From NCBI GenBank assembly GCA_965243025.1, contig CBDETY010000003.1, forward strand, positions 3,584,001 through 3,648,000: DNA of 64,000 nt. Direction: 5' to 3'. Positions 9,290 to 18,868 of the stretch are shown in pieces; positions within the stretch are counted from its first letter, which is position 1; each line of letters starts with the position of its first letter. The position numbers were made by a program, and so were the translations under genes. Source of the stretch: Candidatus Latescibacterota bacterium (GTDB taxonomy: Bacteria > Latescibacterota > UBA2968 > UBA8231). Below the pieces are notes generated by a model. It had not been told where the DNA came from and searched no databases. It saw only the letters and a program-made list of their open reading frames with translations.

Positions 9290-11236
9290 CTACGGGGTGT
9301 AGTACCACAGGCGCCGCTTCTTCGGTTCGGTGTTGGGCTCGTACGCCCTGGTCCGCTCCTCGTTGAAGAAGAGCTCGACCAGCGTCAGGGGCGCCTCGTC
9401 GCCGAACTCCCGCTTCCACTCGCGCGCCAGGTACTTACACAGCAGGGGGCGGTAGTCCTTCTTCTCCTTCTTGCGCAGCGACATCATGTACTTGCGCCAG
9501 CGCGGCCCGCGGAAGCTCTCGACAAGGCGATTCGGGCGGTCCCATGAGACCTCGGGCGACTCCTCCCCGAAGACGACGTGGCGGTAGAGATCGACCTGCG
9601 TTCCGTCCTCCAGGGTGCCGACGACCACGTACCAGCCGATGATGCGTGGCGGCTTCGGCGCGAACATCCGCCAGGACTGGCCTACTCCCAGGATACGGCC
9701 GTACCAGCGGCGGTCGACCCGGTTCCCCTCCCCGTCGTCCTTGCTGTAAATCCAGCTCGCCGACGCCGCCGAGAACCTGCCGCCGACCGAGTCGGCGGCG
9801 AAGACCTCCTTGTTGTGCAAGATGCGGGCGTTCCAGAGCAGGATGTAGGCGAGGGTGGCCAGCAGAAAGCCGTTCCGCAGCCAGACGAGGGGCCGGCGCA
9901 CCTGCCTGTCCCGGCGCGGACGGATCCAGCCGGTCAGGCGGCCCATCAGCTCGCGGCGGTTCGCCGTCTGTTCGTACAGCCAGGTGCCCGGTCTCCGGAA
10001 CACCGCCCTCCCGAGGACCTTCCCCGCGGGCCAGGCCCACGGGGACCGGGAGAGCACGTAGCTGAATGCCTCGAACTTGAAGCGGCGCTTCCCCTCGGGG
10101 TCGGTTACCACCCACGAGTTGCGGGCCCGCATGTCGCGCTCGATCTCCGCGTCCTCCCGGGCCTCGGCGATGCGCGTTTCGGGAAGCAGGAAGAAGCTTC
10201 TCAGCAGCAGGACCATGCGGAGGCAGAAGCCGCAGTCGGCGTCGTAGTGGATGGTCATACCGAGCCGCTCCGGATCGCGCCGGAAGCGCGCGAAGAGCCT
10301 GTCCCAGACCCAGGGCGGCAGGAGGGCGAGCCACATGGCGCTGCATATGTACGAGAAGAGCCCGATTTGAAGGGTCGCCGCGAACCCCAGGTGCATGGCG
10401 ATCATGACGACGCAGGCGGCCAGCCGCAGCGGGCCGACGAGGAACGGAATCCAGATCAGCACCGGCACGAGGAACTCGACGTGGAGGGTCGTGCGGGTCA
10501 TTAGCTCGAGCCATGCGGCCGGCAGCTCCCGCATCAGGACCGCGAGCGGCAGGGCAATGTAGTCGAGCTGGAGGGTGTACCAGACCGCGGTCCGTTCCGA
10601 AATCCAGATCGGGTGGTTCTTCAACAGCGCCGTCGCCCAGTATACGATCGTGACCTGCGCCAGGAAGCAGAAAGCGGGGACCGACCAGGTGCGGTCGCTG
10701 CCTTTCTCCGGGCGGTCACGGGCCGGTTCCCGCATCGCCGCGTCGACGGAGCAGCGCGCCCCGAGGGGGAGGAACAGCGACCAGAAGAGGATCACCCGGA
10801 ACAGCATATCGCCGGCGTTGAGGATGGTGGGGTTCCGGTTGTGGAGCGACACCAGAAGCACCCAGCTGAGAAAGGTGAAGAGCCGGGTCCGGTGGCCGAT
10901 CAGCAGGCAGAAGGCGCAGCAGGCGGCGACAGCGAAGAGGAGGAGCTGCACCCCCCAGAGGCCGCTCAGCATGTGCAGGGACACCAGCCACGGAGTCGAG
11001 CCGGTGGCGACCCGGCCCAGCAGATCGACCCGCGGCAGCACCCCGGCGTCGGAGTAGAAGACCCGCAGATCGGTCAGCCGGGCGGCCAGGTCGACGAGCA
11101 GGAGCAGGCCGAGCAGGATGCGGAAGAGGGCCAGCGACCTCAGGTCGAGGCCGAAGCGCTCGCGCCAGCCGCGGAGCAGATTCCTGAGCCGGGCGATAGT
11201 GGAGTTCGAGGGGGAAGCCGCGGCCGGTCCGTCCAT
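9290..11236 (-). CDS. HTTM-domain membrane protein with an inserted DCC1/DUF393 thiol-disulfide domain
   Basis: DLRSLALFRI, FYSDAGVLPR, SLHNRNP, FLPLGARCSVD, Q.WRMFAP; internal YDADCGFC motif. Confidence 0.85.
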   Translation of the reverse strand: MDGPAAASPSNSTIARLRNLLRGWRERFGLDLRSLALFRILLGLLLLVDLAARLTDLRVFYSDAGVLPRVDLLGRVATGSTPWLVSLHMLSGLWGVQLLLFAVAACCAFCLLIGHRTRLFTFLSWVLLVSLHNRNPTILNAGDMLFRVILFWSLFLPLGARCSVDAAMREPARDRPEKGSDRTWSVPAFCFLAQVTIVYWATALLKNHPIWISERTAVWYTLQLDYIALPLAVLMRELPAAWLELMTRTTLHVEFLVPVLIWIPFLVGPLRLAACVVMIAMHLGFAATLQIGLFSYICSAMWLALLPPWVWDRLFARFRRDPERLGMTIHYDADCGFCLRMVLLLRSFFLLPETRIAEAREDAEIERDMRARNSWVVTDPEGKRRFKFEAFSYVLSRSPWAWPAGKVLGRAVFRRPGTWLYEQTANRRELMGRLTGWIRPRRDRQVRRPLVWLRNGFLLATLAYILLWNARILHNKEVFAADSVGGRFSAASASWIYSKDDGEGNRVDRRWYGRILGVGQSWRMFAPKPPRIIGWYVVVGTLEDGTQVDLYRHVVFGEESPEVSWDRPNRLVESFRGPRWRKYMMSLRKKEKKDYRPLLCKYLAREWKREFGDEAPLTLVELFFNEERTRAYEPNTEPKKRRLWYYTP

Positions 11237-11279
11237 CGGGTCGGTTTTCTTCAGAGTTTGGCTGCGCCTCTCACGGCCG

Positions 11280-12254
11280 TCAGGGAGACTGCACCATGCC
11301 GGCGCTCGGGGCCCCGTCCCTCCCGTCCATCGCCTTCTGGACGCGGTCGATGATCCCCATCACCGGCAGCACCTCGGAGCAGCTGGTCAGGGCCTTGCGC
11401 CCCTCGCGGACGGCGGCGAAGAACTCCCCGTCCTGGGCCTCGACTCCGGAGGGCCCCTCCGGCAGGGGCAGTTCGTTCCCCCGGTGATCCCGCAGCCCGG
11501 CGCCGCCGGTCACGTACGTCTCCTCCTCGCCGATGAACCGCCACTCCCCCTGTATCGGACCGTGGTTGTTGAACGACTGGGCGGCGCTGACCAGGCAGCC
11601 GTCGGCGGAGCGCAGGGAGATGCAGATGTCCATGGGCACCCCCAGCCGCTCGTGCACCGGCCCGCAGCGCCCCCATGCCTCCATGCCGGGGTCGCCGAGG
11701 AGCCAGTAGACCATGTCGATCATGTGGCAGGCCTGGTGCCACAGCAGGTCGTCGGTCCAGATGCGAGGCCTGCCGAAGCGGTTCTCGTTGACGCGGCGGA
11801 AGAAGTAGGTCTGCTGCACGATGTGGTGCAGGCGCAGGTCCCCGGTTTCGATCATCTGGTGCACCCTGCGAAATTCGGGGCGGTAGCGCTGGGTGTGGCA
11901 CATCATCGCCACCTTCCCCGACCTCTCCTCGGCCTCGACCACGCGCCGGGACTCCGCCAGCGACAGTCCCATCGGCAGCTCGAGGAGGACGTGCCTGCCC
12001 CGTTCCAGGGCGGTCACCGCCTGTTCGCAGTGGAGCTGGTTGGGGCTGGTGATCAACGCGGCCTCGACCCCGGGTTGGTCGAGGCACTCCTCGAGATCGG
12101 TGGAGACGTGGCCGATGCCTTGCTCGCGGGCGAAGGCCTCGGCGTCGGCGGCGATGCCTCCGGCCAGGCTGACCACCTCGACGCCCTCCATCCCGCGCAG
12201 CGCCTCCATGTGGGTCAGGCCCTGGGCCCCCTCCCCCACCAGACAGACCTTCAT
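11280..12254 (-). CDS. Gfo/Idh/MocA oxidoreductase, LigC-like
   Basis: GRHVLLELPM; YFFRRVNENRFGRPRIWTDDLLWHQACH resembles the LigC segment. Confidence 0.85.
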   Translation of the reverse strand: MKVCLVGEGAQGLTHMEALRGMEGVEVVSLAGGIAADAEAFAREQGIGHVSTDLEECLDQPGVEAALITSPNQLHCEQAVTALERGRHVLLELPMGLSLAESRRVVEAEERSGKVAMMCHTQRYRPEFRRVHQMIETGDLRLHHIVQQTYFFRRVNENRFGRPRIWTDDLLWHQACHMIDMVYWLLGDPGMEAWGRCGPVHERLGVPMDICISLRSADGCLVSAAQSFNNHGPIQGEWRFIGEEETYVTGGAGLRDHRGNELPLPEGPSGVEAQDGEFFAAVREGRKALTSCSEVLPVMGIIDRVQKAMDGRDGAPSAGMVQSP

Positions 12255-12378
12255 CGCCGTCTCCTCTCGTTGTTCGGTTCGTTCCTGTTCGGGCGGACGC
12301 CGCTCAAGCTACGGAAGGGATCCTTCAACTCCTACCCCGCCCCGGGCGGGCGAGCCAGCTTGCCCCCCCGGCCCCCGC

Positions 12379-12404
12379 GGAAACCCCCGCCCCGGTTGCG
12401 CGTC
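12379..12404 (+). promoter_or_regulatory. Putative ECF-sigma promoter of the vWA gene
   Basis: GGAAAC-N16-CGTC matches the AAC...CGT ECF consensus. Confidence 0.45.
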
Positions 12405-12598
12405 TCATCAGAAAGGTCATGGCAGAATCGATGGCCCTCGCTCCCCGGACAACCAGAAGCAGCCCACCGCACCGTCCTGCCGGAACAACTGCGTCTTCGA
12501 CAGCCGACCTGCAGCTCCCGCCCTCCGGGCACCTGTCCTCGTTGCGGCAACCCAGGGTGCCGCTCGCCTCGCAACCCCTTCACTCCACAGGCGATCTC

Positions 12599-14215
12599 AT
12601 GAACTCGAAACCCAACCCCCCCTGCCGGCCCGCCCCTTTCGCCAGATCGGGCTGGCCCCTTCTCGGCCTCCTCGCCTTTGCCTCGTGCACGGGCAATACC
12701 GGCAAGCCCGTGGCAGCGCCCGAGTCGGCTGCCTACGCTCCTTTGGCGGCCGCCGATTACAGGCACATATCTCCCACCTACTACTACAACACCGAGTCGT
12801 ACGCCCACATCGAGGAGAACGGCTTCCAGCTCGTGAGCGAGGCCCCGCTCTCGACCTTCGCCATCGACGTCGACCGCGCGTCGTACGCCAACGTGCGCCG
12901 CTTCATCGAGGACGGGCAGCGGCCGCCGGTAGATGCGGTCCGCATCGAGGAGATGATCAACTACTTCCCGTACGAGTGGGATGAGGTGCATGGAGAGCAC
13001 CCCTTCGCGGTGACCACCGAGGTCTGGGAGGCGCCCTGGAAGCCGGAACACCGGCTGGTACGCATCGGCCTCAGGGCGCGGTCGATCGACACCGGGGACC
13101 TGCCGCCCGGCAACCTCGTCTTCCTGATCGATGTGTCGGGTTCGATGAAGTCGCCCGACAAGCTCCCCCTGCTGAAGAAGGCGTTCGCGCTCCTCGTCGA
13201 GCAGCTCAGGGCCGAGGACCGGGTGGCGATCGCAGTCTACTCCGGCGCCGCCGGGCTGGTTCTGCCCTCGACACCGGGAGACGCCCGGGAGGAGATCCTC
13301 GCCGCCCTGGAAAACCTCCGCGCCGGCGGCAGCACCGCGGGCGGAGCCGGAATCAGGCTCGCCTACGAGGTCGCGAAAGAGAACCACATCGACGGCGGCA
13401 ACAACCGCGTCATCCTGGCGACGGACGGAGACTTCAACGTCGGCGCCTCGAGCGACGGGGAGATGGTCCGCCTCATCGAGAAGGAGCGGGAGAGCGGGAT
13501 ATTCCTGACGGTCCTCGGGTTCGGCACCGGCAACCTGAAGGACTCGAAGATGGAGCAGATGGCCGACCACGGGAACGGCAACTTCCACTACGTCGACAGC
13601 CTCCTGGAGGCCAGGAAGGTCCTGGTGGAGGAGATGGGAGGAACCCTCCTCACCCTTGCCAAGGATGTGAAGGTGCAGGTCGAGTTCAACCCTTCCCAAG
13701 CGGCCGGATACCGCCTGATCGGCTACGAGAACCGGCTGCTGGATCCCGAGGACTTCAACGACGACACCGAGGACGCCGGCGAGCTGGGGGCAGGACACAC
13801 GGTGACGGCCCTGTACGAGGTCGTGCCCGAAGGTGTCCCGGTTCCCGGAGGCTCGGTGGACGACCTTCGCTATCAACCGGAAGCCGAAGGGGAAACGGCC
13901 GTCGAGAGCGGTTTCGACGAGGAGCTGATGTACGTGAAGGTCCGCTACAAGGATCCTGACGGCTCGGTCAGCCGCCTGATGGCGCAGCCGGTCGTGGAGG
14001 CGCCTGCCGGGCCCTCAACCGATCTCCGTTTCGCCGCCGCGGTGGCCGGCTTCGGCATGCTGCTCCGCGACTCGCCCCATGTCGGCGACTACACGCTGGA
14101 CGACGTAATCGGGCTTGCCGAGCGGGGCCAGGGGTATGACCCGAGGGGCTACCGGGGGGAGTTCCTCCGGCTTGTCGAGACAGTGCGGGATCTGCGGCTG
14201 CTGGGGAGGGGCTGA
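12599..14215 (+). CDS. YfbK-like von Willebrand factor A lipoprotein (vWF_A + VWA + DUF3520)
   Basis: Lipobox FASC; PLSTFAIDVDRASY, VRIEEMINYF, FLIDVSGSM (MIDAS), ATDGDFNVG, YRLIGYENR, DAGELGAGH. Confidence 0.92.
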   Translation: MNSKPNPPCRPAPFARSGWPLLGLLAFASCTGNTGKPVAAPESAAYAPLAAADYRHISPTYYYNTESYAHIEENGFQLVSEAPLSTFAIDVDRASYANVRRFIEDGQRPPVDAVRIEEMINYFPYEWDEVHGEHPFAVTTEVWEAPWKPEHRLVRIGLRARSIDTGDLPPGNLVFLIDVSGSMKSPDKLPLLKKAFALLVEQLRAEDRVAIAVYSGAAGLVLPSTPGDAREEILAALENLRAGGSTAGGAGIRLAYEVAKENHIDGGNNRVILATDGDFNVGASSDGEMVRLIEKERESGIFLTVLGFGTGNLKDSKMEQMADHGNGNFHYVDSLLEARKVLVEEMGGTLLTLAKDVKVQVEFNPSQAAGYRLIGYENRLLDPEDFNDDTEDAGELGAGHTVTALYEVVPEGVPVPGGSVDDLRYQPEAEGETAVESGFDEELMYVKVRYKDPDGSVSRLMAQPVVEAPAGPSTDLRFAAAVAGFGMLLRDSPHVGDYTLDDVIGLAERGQGYDPRGYRGEFLRLVETVRDLRLLGRG

Positions 14216-14417
14216 ACACCCATTCATAAGTGGGTATCCATCGAACCCGCCTACGGAAAGACTTCAAACTCCCACCCCTTTCGCCGCAAGTTCCACCTTG
14301 GCGAGCACAGTTCCGTCCCGTATTCCGCAAGGGCCGGCACACCAATCTCCCCGGCGAGGCCGGAAGCCCCAAGGCGGTGATGCTGCTCGAGGAGGAAGGC
14401 GCAGTAATGACAATGCC

Positions 14418-14455
14418 TTGCATCACCGCATCATCGGCATTAGCATCTGATGCAA
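14418..14455. promoter_or_regulatory. Probable VapB operator
   Basis: Perfect inverted repeat TTGCATCA...TGATGCAA enclosing further GCAT half-sites, directly upstream of vapB. Confidence 0.6.
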
Positions 14456-14469
14456 ACAAGGATAATCCT

Positions 14470-14700
14470 ATGAGAACGACACTCGATATCGACGATCCCG
14501 TCCTCCGCGAGCTGAAGCGGCTTCAAGCGAAGGAGGGCAAGTCCCTGGGCAGGCTCGTGTCCGATCTTCTGGCGCGAACGCTGAAGGAGGATGCAACGCC
14601 TGACGCCGCCTCTCCTCCCTTGCAATGGATCGCCAGACCGATGGGGGCTCGCCTCAACCTGTCCGACAAGGATGCGGTATACCGCGCCCTGGACCGCTGA
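14470..14700 (+). CDS. vapB: VapB-type ribbon-helix-helix antitoxin
   Basis: MRTTLDIDDPVLRELKRL...SLGRLVSDLL; directly upstream of a PIN toxin. Confidence 0.88.
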   Translation: MRTTLDIDDPVLRELKRLQAKEGKSLGRLVSDLLARTLKEDATPDAASPPLQWIARPMGARLNLSDKDAVYRALDR

Positions 14701-14724
14701 CCGCGGAGGAGCCTGGGCGTTGCC

Positions 14725-15156
14725 ATGAGCTACTCCCTCGACGTCAACCTCCTTCTCTATTCGTCGGACAGCTCCAGTCCGCTCCACGCCGAAGCCAGGA
14801 GTTTTCTGCAATCCTGCATGACCGGACGCGACATACTCTATCTGAGCTGGCCGACGATCATGAGTTACCTGAGGATCTCCACCCACCCGTCGATTTTCGA
14901 TGAACCGCTGACCCCCGAAGAAGCGATGGCGAACGTCGAGACCCTGCTCAATCTTCCTCACTCCCGCTGCCTCGCCGAAGAGGACGGATTCTGGGAAACC
15001 TGGCGCGCCACGGCCGGCGAGGCAGCGCGTGGAAACCAGGTGCCGGACGCCCATCTCGCCGCGCTTCTCCGCTTCCACGGGGTGCGCAGGATCTACACGC
15101 ATGACCGGGACCTGAGGAGGTTCGACTTCCTCGACGTGCAGGATCCGTTCGCCTGA
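14725..15156 (+). CDS. vapC: VapC PIN-domain ribonuclease toxin
   Basis: LDVNLLLYS, GNQVPDAHLAAL, THDRDLRRF PIN acidic motifs. Confidence 0.92.
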   Translation: MSYSLDVNLLLYSSDSSSPLHAEARSFLQSCMTGRDILYLSWPTIMSYLRISTHPSIFDEPLTPEEAMANVETLLNLPHSRCLAEEDGFWETWRATAGEAARGNQVPDAHLAALLRFHGVRRIYTHDRDLRRFDFLDVQDPFA

Positions 15157-15302
15157 CGCGCGGGTACCGGGCCGGAGGACGGAAAGCGCCGGCGACCTGC
15201 TCCTTGCCGGACCGGGTCATCCTCGCGCGGTCTTTTCCGCGCTGGTGGTCCCCTTGCCGTGGCGAGCCCGTCTGAAGACTCAGGATCCCATTCGTCCCAG
15301 CC

Positions 15303-16493
15303 ATGAAGATCACCGACATCCGCGTCGTCAGCCGCGGCTTCCCCCGGGACTTCCCCCTCGTCGAGGTCGACACCGACGCCGGCATCACCGGTATCGGCGC
15401 CACCTCCTCCTGGACCCGCCCGGTTTCGGCGCTGCTCGACTCCGTCCCGGAGCTGCCCGGCCCGGAGCCGCCGTTCCGCGGCCTCCTTCTCGGCGCCGAC
15501 CCGGCGCGGCCGGCCGAGCTCTGGGGGCGCCTGTGCGACGGGGGCTGGTTCGGCCGCGGCGACGAGGGAGGCATCGCCGTCAACGCCCTCGCCGCGGTCG
15601 ACATCGCCCTCTGGGACATCGCCGGCAAGGCGGCCGGGATGCCGATTCACCGGCTCCTCGGCGACGTCGTCCGGAACCGGATCATGGTCTACGCCAGCAG
15701 CAGCGCCTTCCCGCACGACTGGGACCGGGAGGCCCCCCGGCGGCGGACCGCGCCGGAGATGATCGCCGAGTGCCTCACCTACCGGGAGCGCGGTTTCAAG
15801 GCGGTGAAACTCGGCTGGGGCAATCACTTCTCCGCCGAGGACGAGGAGACCCTCGCCGCCGTTCGCGAAGGGATCGGCCCGGAGATGCTGCTGATGCTCG
15901 ACTTCGGCTGCCCGGCCTACCTCGACCCCGGCCACACCGTCGATGACGCGCTACGCGCCGCCGAGGTCGCGGACAAGTACAGAGTCCACTTCCTCGAGGA
16001 GGCGCTGCGGCCCCGGGACGTCGACGGGTTCGCAGAGCTGACGCGGCGCTCCCCGGTACGCATCGCCACCGGCGAGAGCCTCGCCCTCGCCGCGGACTTC
16101 CAGGACTTCATCGACAGGAAGGCGGCCCACATCCTGCAGCCGGACGCCCAGCAGGTCGGGATCACCCAGTTCGTCGACGTCGCCGGGCGCATCGAGGAGG
16201 CCGGCCTGCTCTGCATCCCCCACTGCCCCTGGAGCCCGATCGCAATCGCCGCCCATCTCCAGGTGCTGTGCACGACCTCCTGCGGGGTCATGATCGAGTA
16301 CCCGGCCCTGGCGTTCGCGCCGCCCGGATCCTTCCGGCACACCTGGCTCGACACCGTTCACCGCCGCATGATCGAGCACCCTCTCGCAGTCGAAGACGGG
16401 TACCTGCAACTGCCGGAAGGCCCGGGACTCGGGCTGGGCGGCTTCGTGCCGGAGGTGATCGCCGAGATGGCGCGCATGAAACCGGGAGGGTGA
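15303..16493 (+). CDS. Mandelate racemase/muconate-lactonizing enzyme family (enolase superfamily)
   Basis: AVDIALWDIAGK, GFKAVKLG, LMLD, FLEE, IATGE, LQPD, PGLG. Confidence 0.92.
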   Translation: MKITDIRVVSRGFPRDFPLVEVDTDAGITGIGATSSWTRPVSALLDSVPELPGPEPPFRGLLLGADPARPAELWGRLCDGGWFGRGDEGGIAVNALAAVDIALWDIAGKAAGMPIHRLLGDVVRNRIMVYASSSAFPHDWDREAPRRRTAPEMIAECLTYRERGFKAVKLGWGNHFSAEDEETLAAVREGIGPEMLLMLDFGCPAYLDPGHTVDDALRAAEVADKYRVHFLEEALRPRDVDGFAELTRRSPVRIATGESLALAADFQDFIDRKAAHILQPDAQQVGITQFVDVAGRIEEAGLLCIPHCPWSPIAIAAHLQVLCTTSCGVMIEYPALAFAPPGSFRHTWLDTVHRRMIEHPLAVEDGYLQLPEGPGLGLGGFVPEVIAEMARMKPGG

Positions 16494-17470
16494 CCGTGCC
16501 GGCCGTAAACAAGGTGGTCGCGACCTGGAGCGGCTGGTCGGACCGGTTCCGCGCCGAAGCGGTTGCCCGGGGTCGCGCCGGCCTGACAATCCACTGCGCC
16601 GACGACCGCGGCGACCTTCTCCGCCACCTCGCCGGCGCCGACGCCGCCATCGTCGGCCCCTGGGACGCCGGCCTTCTCGCCGCGGCCCCGCGGCTGCGGT
16701 GGGTGCAGGCGGCCAGCGGGGGCGTCGAGGGGTACCTCTTCCCGGAATTCGTCGCCAGCCCCGTGCCCTTCACCTGCCTGAAGCCGGTCTTCGGAACCAT
16801 CGCCGCCGAGCACGCCCTCGCCTCCATGCTGATCTTCGCGCGGGGCTACCACCACGCCCTGGCCCGGCCCCTGACTCCGTGGGACGATGCTTACGGGAGC
16901 GGCGGAGACGCCGTCGAGCTGGCAGGCAAAACCGCCGGGATCGTCGGGTTCGGAACCATTGGCAGGGCGCTCGCCATCCGGGTCAGGGCTTTCGACATGA
17001 AGGTGATCGCCGTGGCCCGGAATCCCCGCGAAGCGCCTCCCGAGGTCGAGCGGCTGGTCACCCCCGAACGGCTGTCCGAGGTGCTCGCCGCCTCCGACTA
17101 CGTCGTCAACTGCGTCCCGTCGACCCCGGAAACCCGCAACCTCGTCGGCACGGAGTTCCTCGCGGCGATGAGGCCCGGGGCCTGTCTGATAGACTGCTCG
17201 GGACGCAAGGCGGTTCTGGATTTCGACGCCCTGGTGCGCGCCGTCGAGGAAGGATGGATCGCCGGCGTCAGTCTCCAGCCGGGCGCGGGAGAGGGGGTGC
17301 CCCCTGCGGACAGCCCGTTCTGGAAACGGGACAACGTCCTCGTCTCCCCGTTCCGGACCACCTCGCACGAGGGCAACGAGCGCGCCGTCGGCCTGTTCTT
17401 CGACAACCTCGAGCGCCTCGAGCAGGGGCGGCCCCTGCTGGGGCTGGTCGACAAGCAGGCGGGGTACTGA
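16490..17470 (+). CDS. D-2-hydroxyacid dehydrogenase family protein
   Basis: LRWVQAASGGVE, IAAEHAL, GIVGFGTIG, PSTPETRNL, LVDKQAGY; GTGA overlap with the upstream stop. Confidence 0.88.
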   Translation: MTVPAVNKVVATWSGWSDRFRAEAVARGRAGLTIHCADDRGDLLRHLAGADAAIVGPWDAGLLAAAPRLRWVQAASGGVEGYLFPEFVASPVPFTCLKPVFGTIAAEHALASMLIFARGYHHALARPLTPWDDAYGSGGDAVELAGKTAGIVGFGTIGRALAIRVRAFDMKVIAVARNPREAPPEVERLVTPERLSEVLAASDYVVNCVPSTPETRNLVGTEFLAAMRPGACLIDCSGRKAVLDFDALVRAVEEGWIAGVSLQPGAGEGVPPADSPFWKRDNVLVSPFRTTSHEGNERAVGLFFDNLERLEQGRPLLGLVDKQAGY

Positions 17471-17583
17471 CCGGACTGCCGGCCCCTGGGGGCGGGAGCA
17501 ATCCTCGAAAAAACCGCGCATCTTATGGCCGCACCGCGCGTCATACGGACAAGCGCCTCGCCTCAGGTTGGAAAGGGACCGCA

Positions 17584-18681
17584 ATGAAGCGCACCGCACT
17601 CGTTCTCCCGCTCCTGCTGGCCGGCGGGGCCGCCGCCCTGGAGTGGGTCCAGCTGCATCCCGAAGGGGAAGCCCCCGTTGCCCGCTCCAACGCCGCGGCG
17701 GTCTACGACCCGGCCGGACACCGCGTCCTCCTCTTCGGGGGGCTGAGAGCCGGGGGCGACCTCAACGACGTCTGGGAGCTCGGCCTCTCCCCCCCGGCCT
17801 GGAGGAAGATCACCCCCGGTTCCGGTCCGGCCCCCCACACCCGCTGGTCCCACAACGCCGTGTACGACCCGGCCGGCCGCCAGATGCTCGTCTGGTCCGG
17901 CCGCCATCTCGGCGACTTCTTCAACGACGTCTGGGCCTTCGACCTCAGCGACCACACCTGGCGCCGGTTCTCCCCCGAAACCCGGCCCGCCTCCCGCTAC
18001 GGAACCGCGGCGGTCTTCGACCCCCGCGCCGGCCGCCTCGTCAGCTTCGCCGGGTTCACCGACCTCGGCCGCTTCGACGACACCTGGGCATTCGACCCGG
18101 CCGCGTCGGTCTGGACCGACATCAGCACCGACCCCAGGCCCCTGGCCCGCTGCCTGCACACCGCGGCCTACGATCCGGTCGGCTACCGCATGCTCATGTT
18201 CGGCGGCCAGGGGGGCGGCAACGCCCTGAACGACCTGTGGGCCTTCGACCTCGACACCGGGGCCTGGAGCGACATCACCCCGGAGAGCGGCCCCGGGGGA
18301 CGCACCTTTGCCGCGAGCGTGTACGACCCGGGGAGCCACCGGTTCGTCATCTTCGGAGGCGCCGGGATAGGGGGCCTCGGGGCCAGGAGCGACGATACCT
18401 GGGCTTTCGATCTCGCCGCCGGCGCCTGGAACCTGCTGCAACCGGAAGGCGCCGCGCCGGAACCGCGCAGCGGGGCCGCGGCGGTCTACATCGAGGGAGA
18501 GAACCGCGCCCTGTTCATCGGTGGGGCCAAGGAGGTCGGCCTTTTCAACGAGGTCTGGGCGCTGGAAAGGCTGGACCCCACCGCGGTCGTGCACCGGAGC
18601 TGGGGCCGGGTGAAACGGTTGCTGAGCGGCGATCCGGCAGCGGCCGGGACCGCCGGACCGAAGCGAACCGGGGGTCGATAG
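17584..18681 (+). CDS. Secreted kelch-repeat beta-propeller protein with a C-terminal TAVxxxSWGxVK motif
   Basis: Signal peptide; six repeats of type AVYDP...LFGG...NDVWAFDL; ends PTAVVHRSWGRVKR. Confidence 0.88.
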   Translation: MKRTALVLPLLLAGGAAALEWVQLHPEGEAPVARSNAAAVYDPAGHRVLLFGGLRAGGDLNDVWELGLSPPAWRKITPGSGPAPHTRWSHNAVYDPAGRQMLVWSGRHLGDFFNDVWAFDLSDHTWRRFSPETRPASRYGTAAVFDPRAGRLVSFAGFTDLGRFDDTWAFDPAASVWTDISTDPRPLARCLHTAAYDPVGYRMLMFGGQGGGNALNDLWAFDLDTGAWSDITPESGPGGRTFAASVYDPGSHRFVIFGGAGIGGLGARSDDTWAFDLAAGAWNLLQPEGAAPEPRSGAAAVYIEGENRALFIGGAKEVGLFNEVWALERLDPTAVVHRSWGRVKRLLSGDPAAAGTAGPKRTGGR

Positions 18682-18868
18682 CTCTCGCGGTATCCTCCCT
18701 GGGCGAGTCCTCCTGCGGGGCCAACGGCGGCCACCTCACTTCGGCTTCCGTAAGCGCCATTGCTCTACGGAAGCGGAGTATGCTGCTTTTTGCGCCGGAA
18801 AGAGCAACGGGGTCGCCTGGCCGGCGAGGAGCGATTCACCCCCCTCCAGAATCCATCGAGGTCTGACC

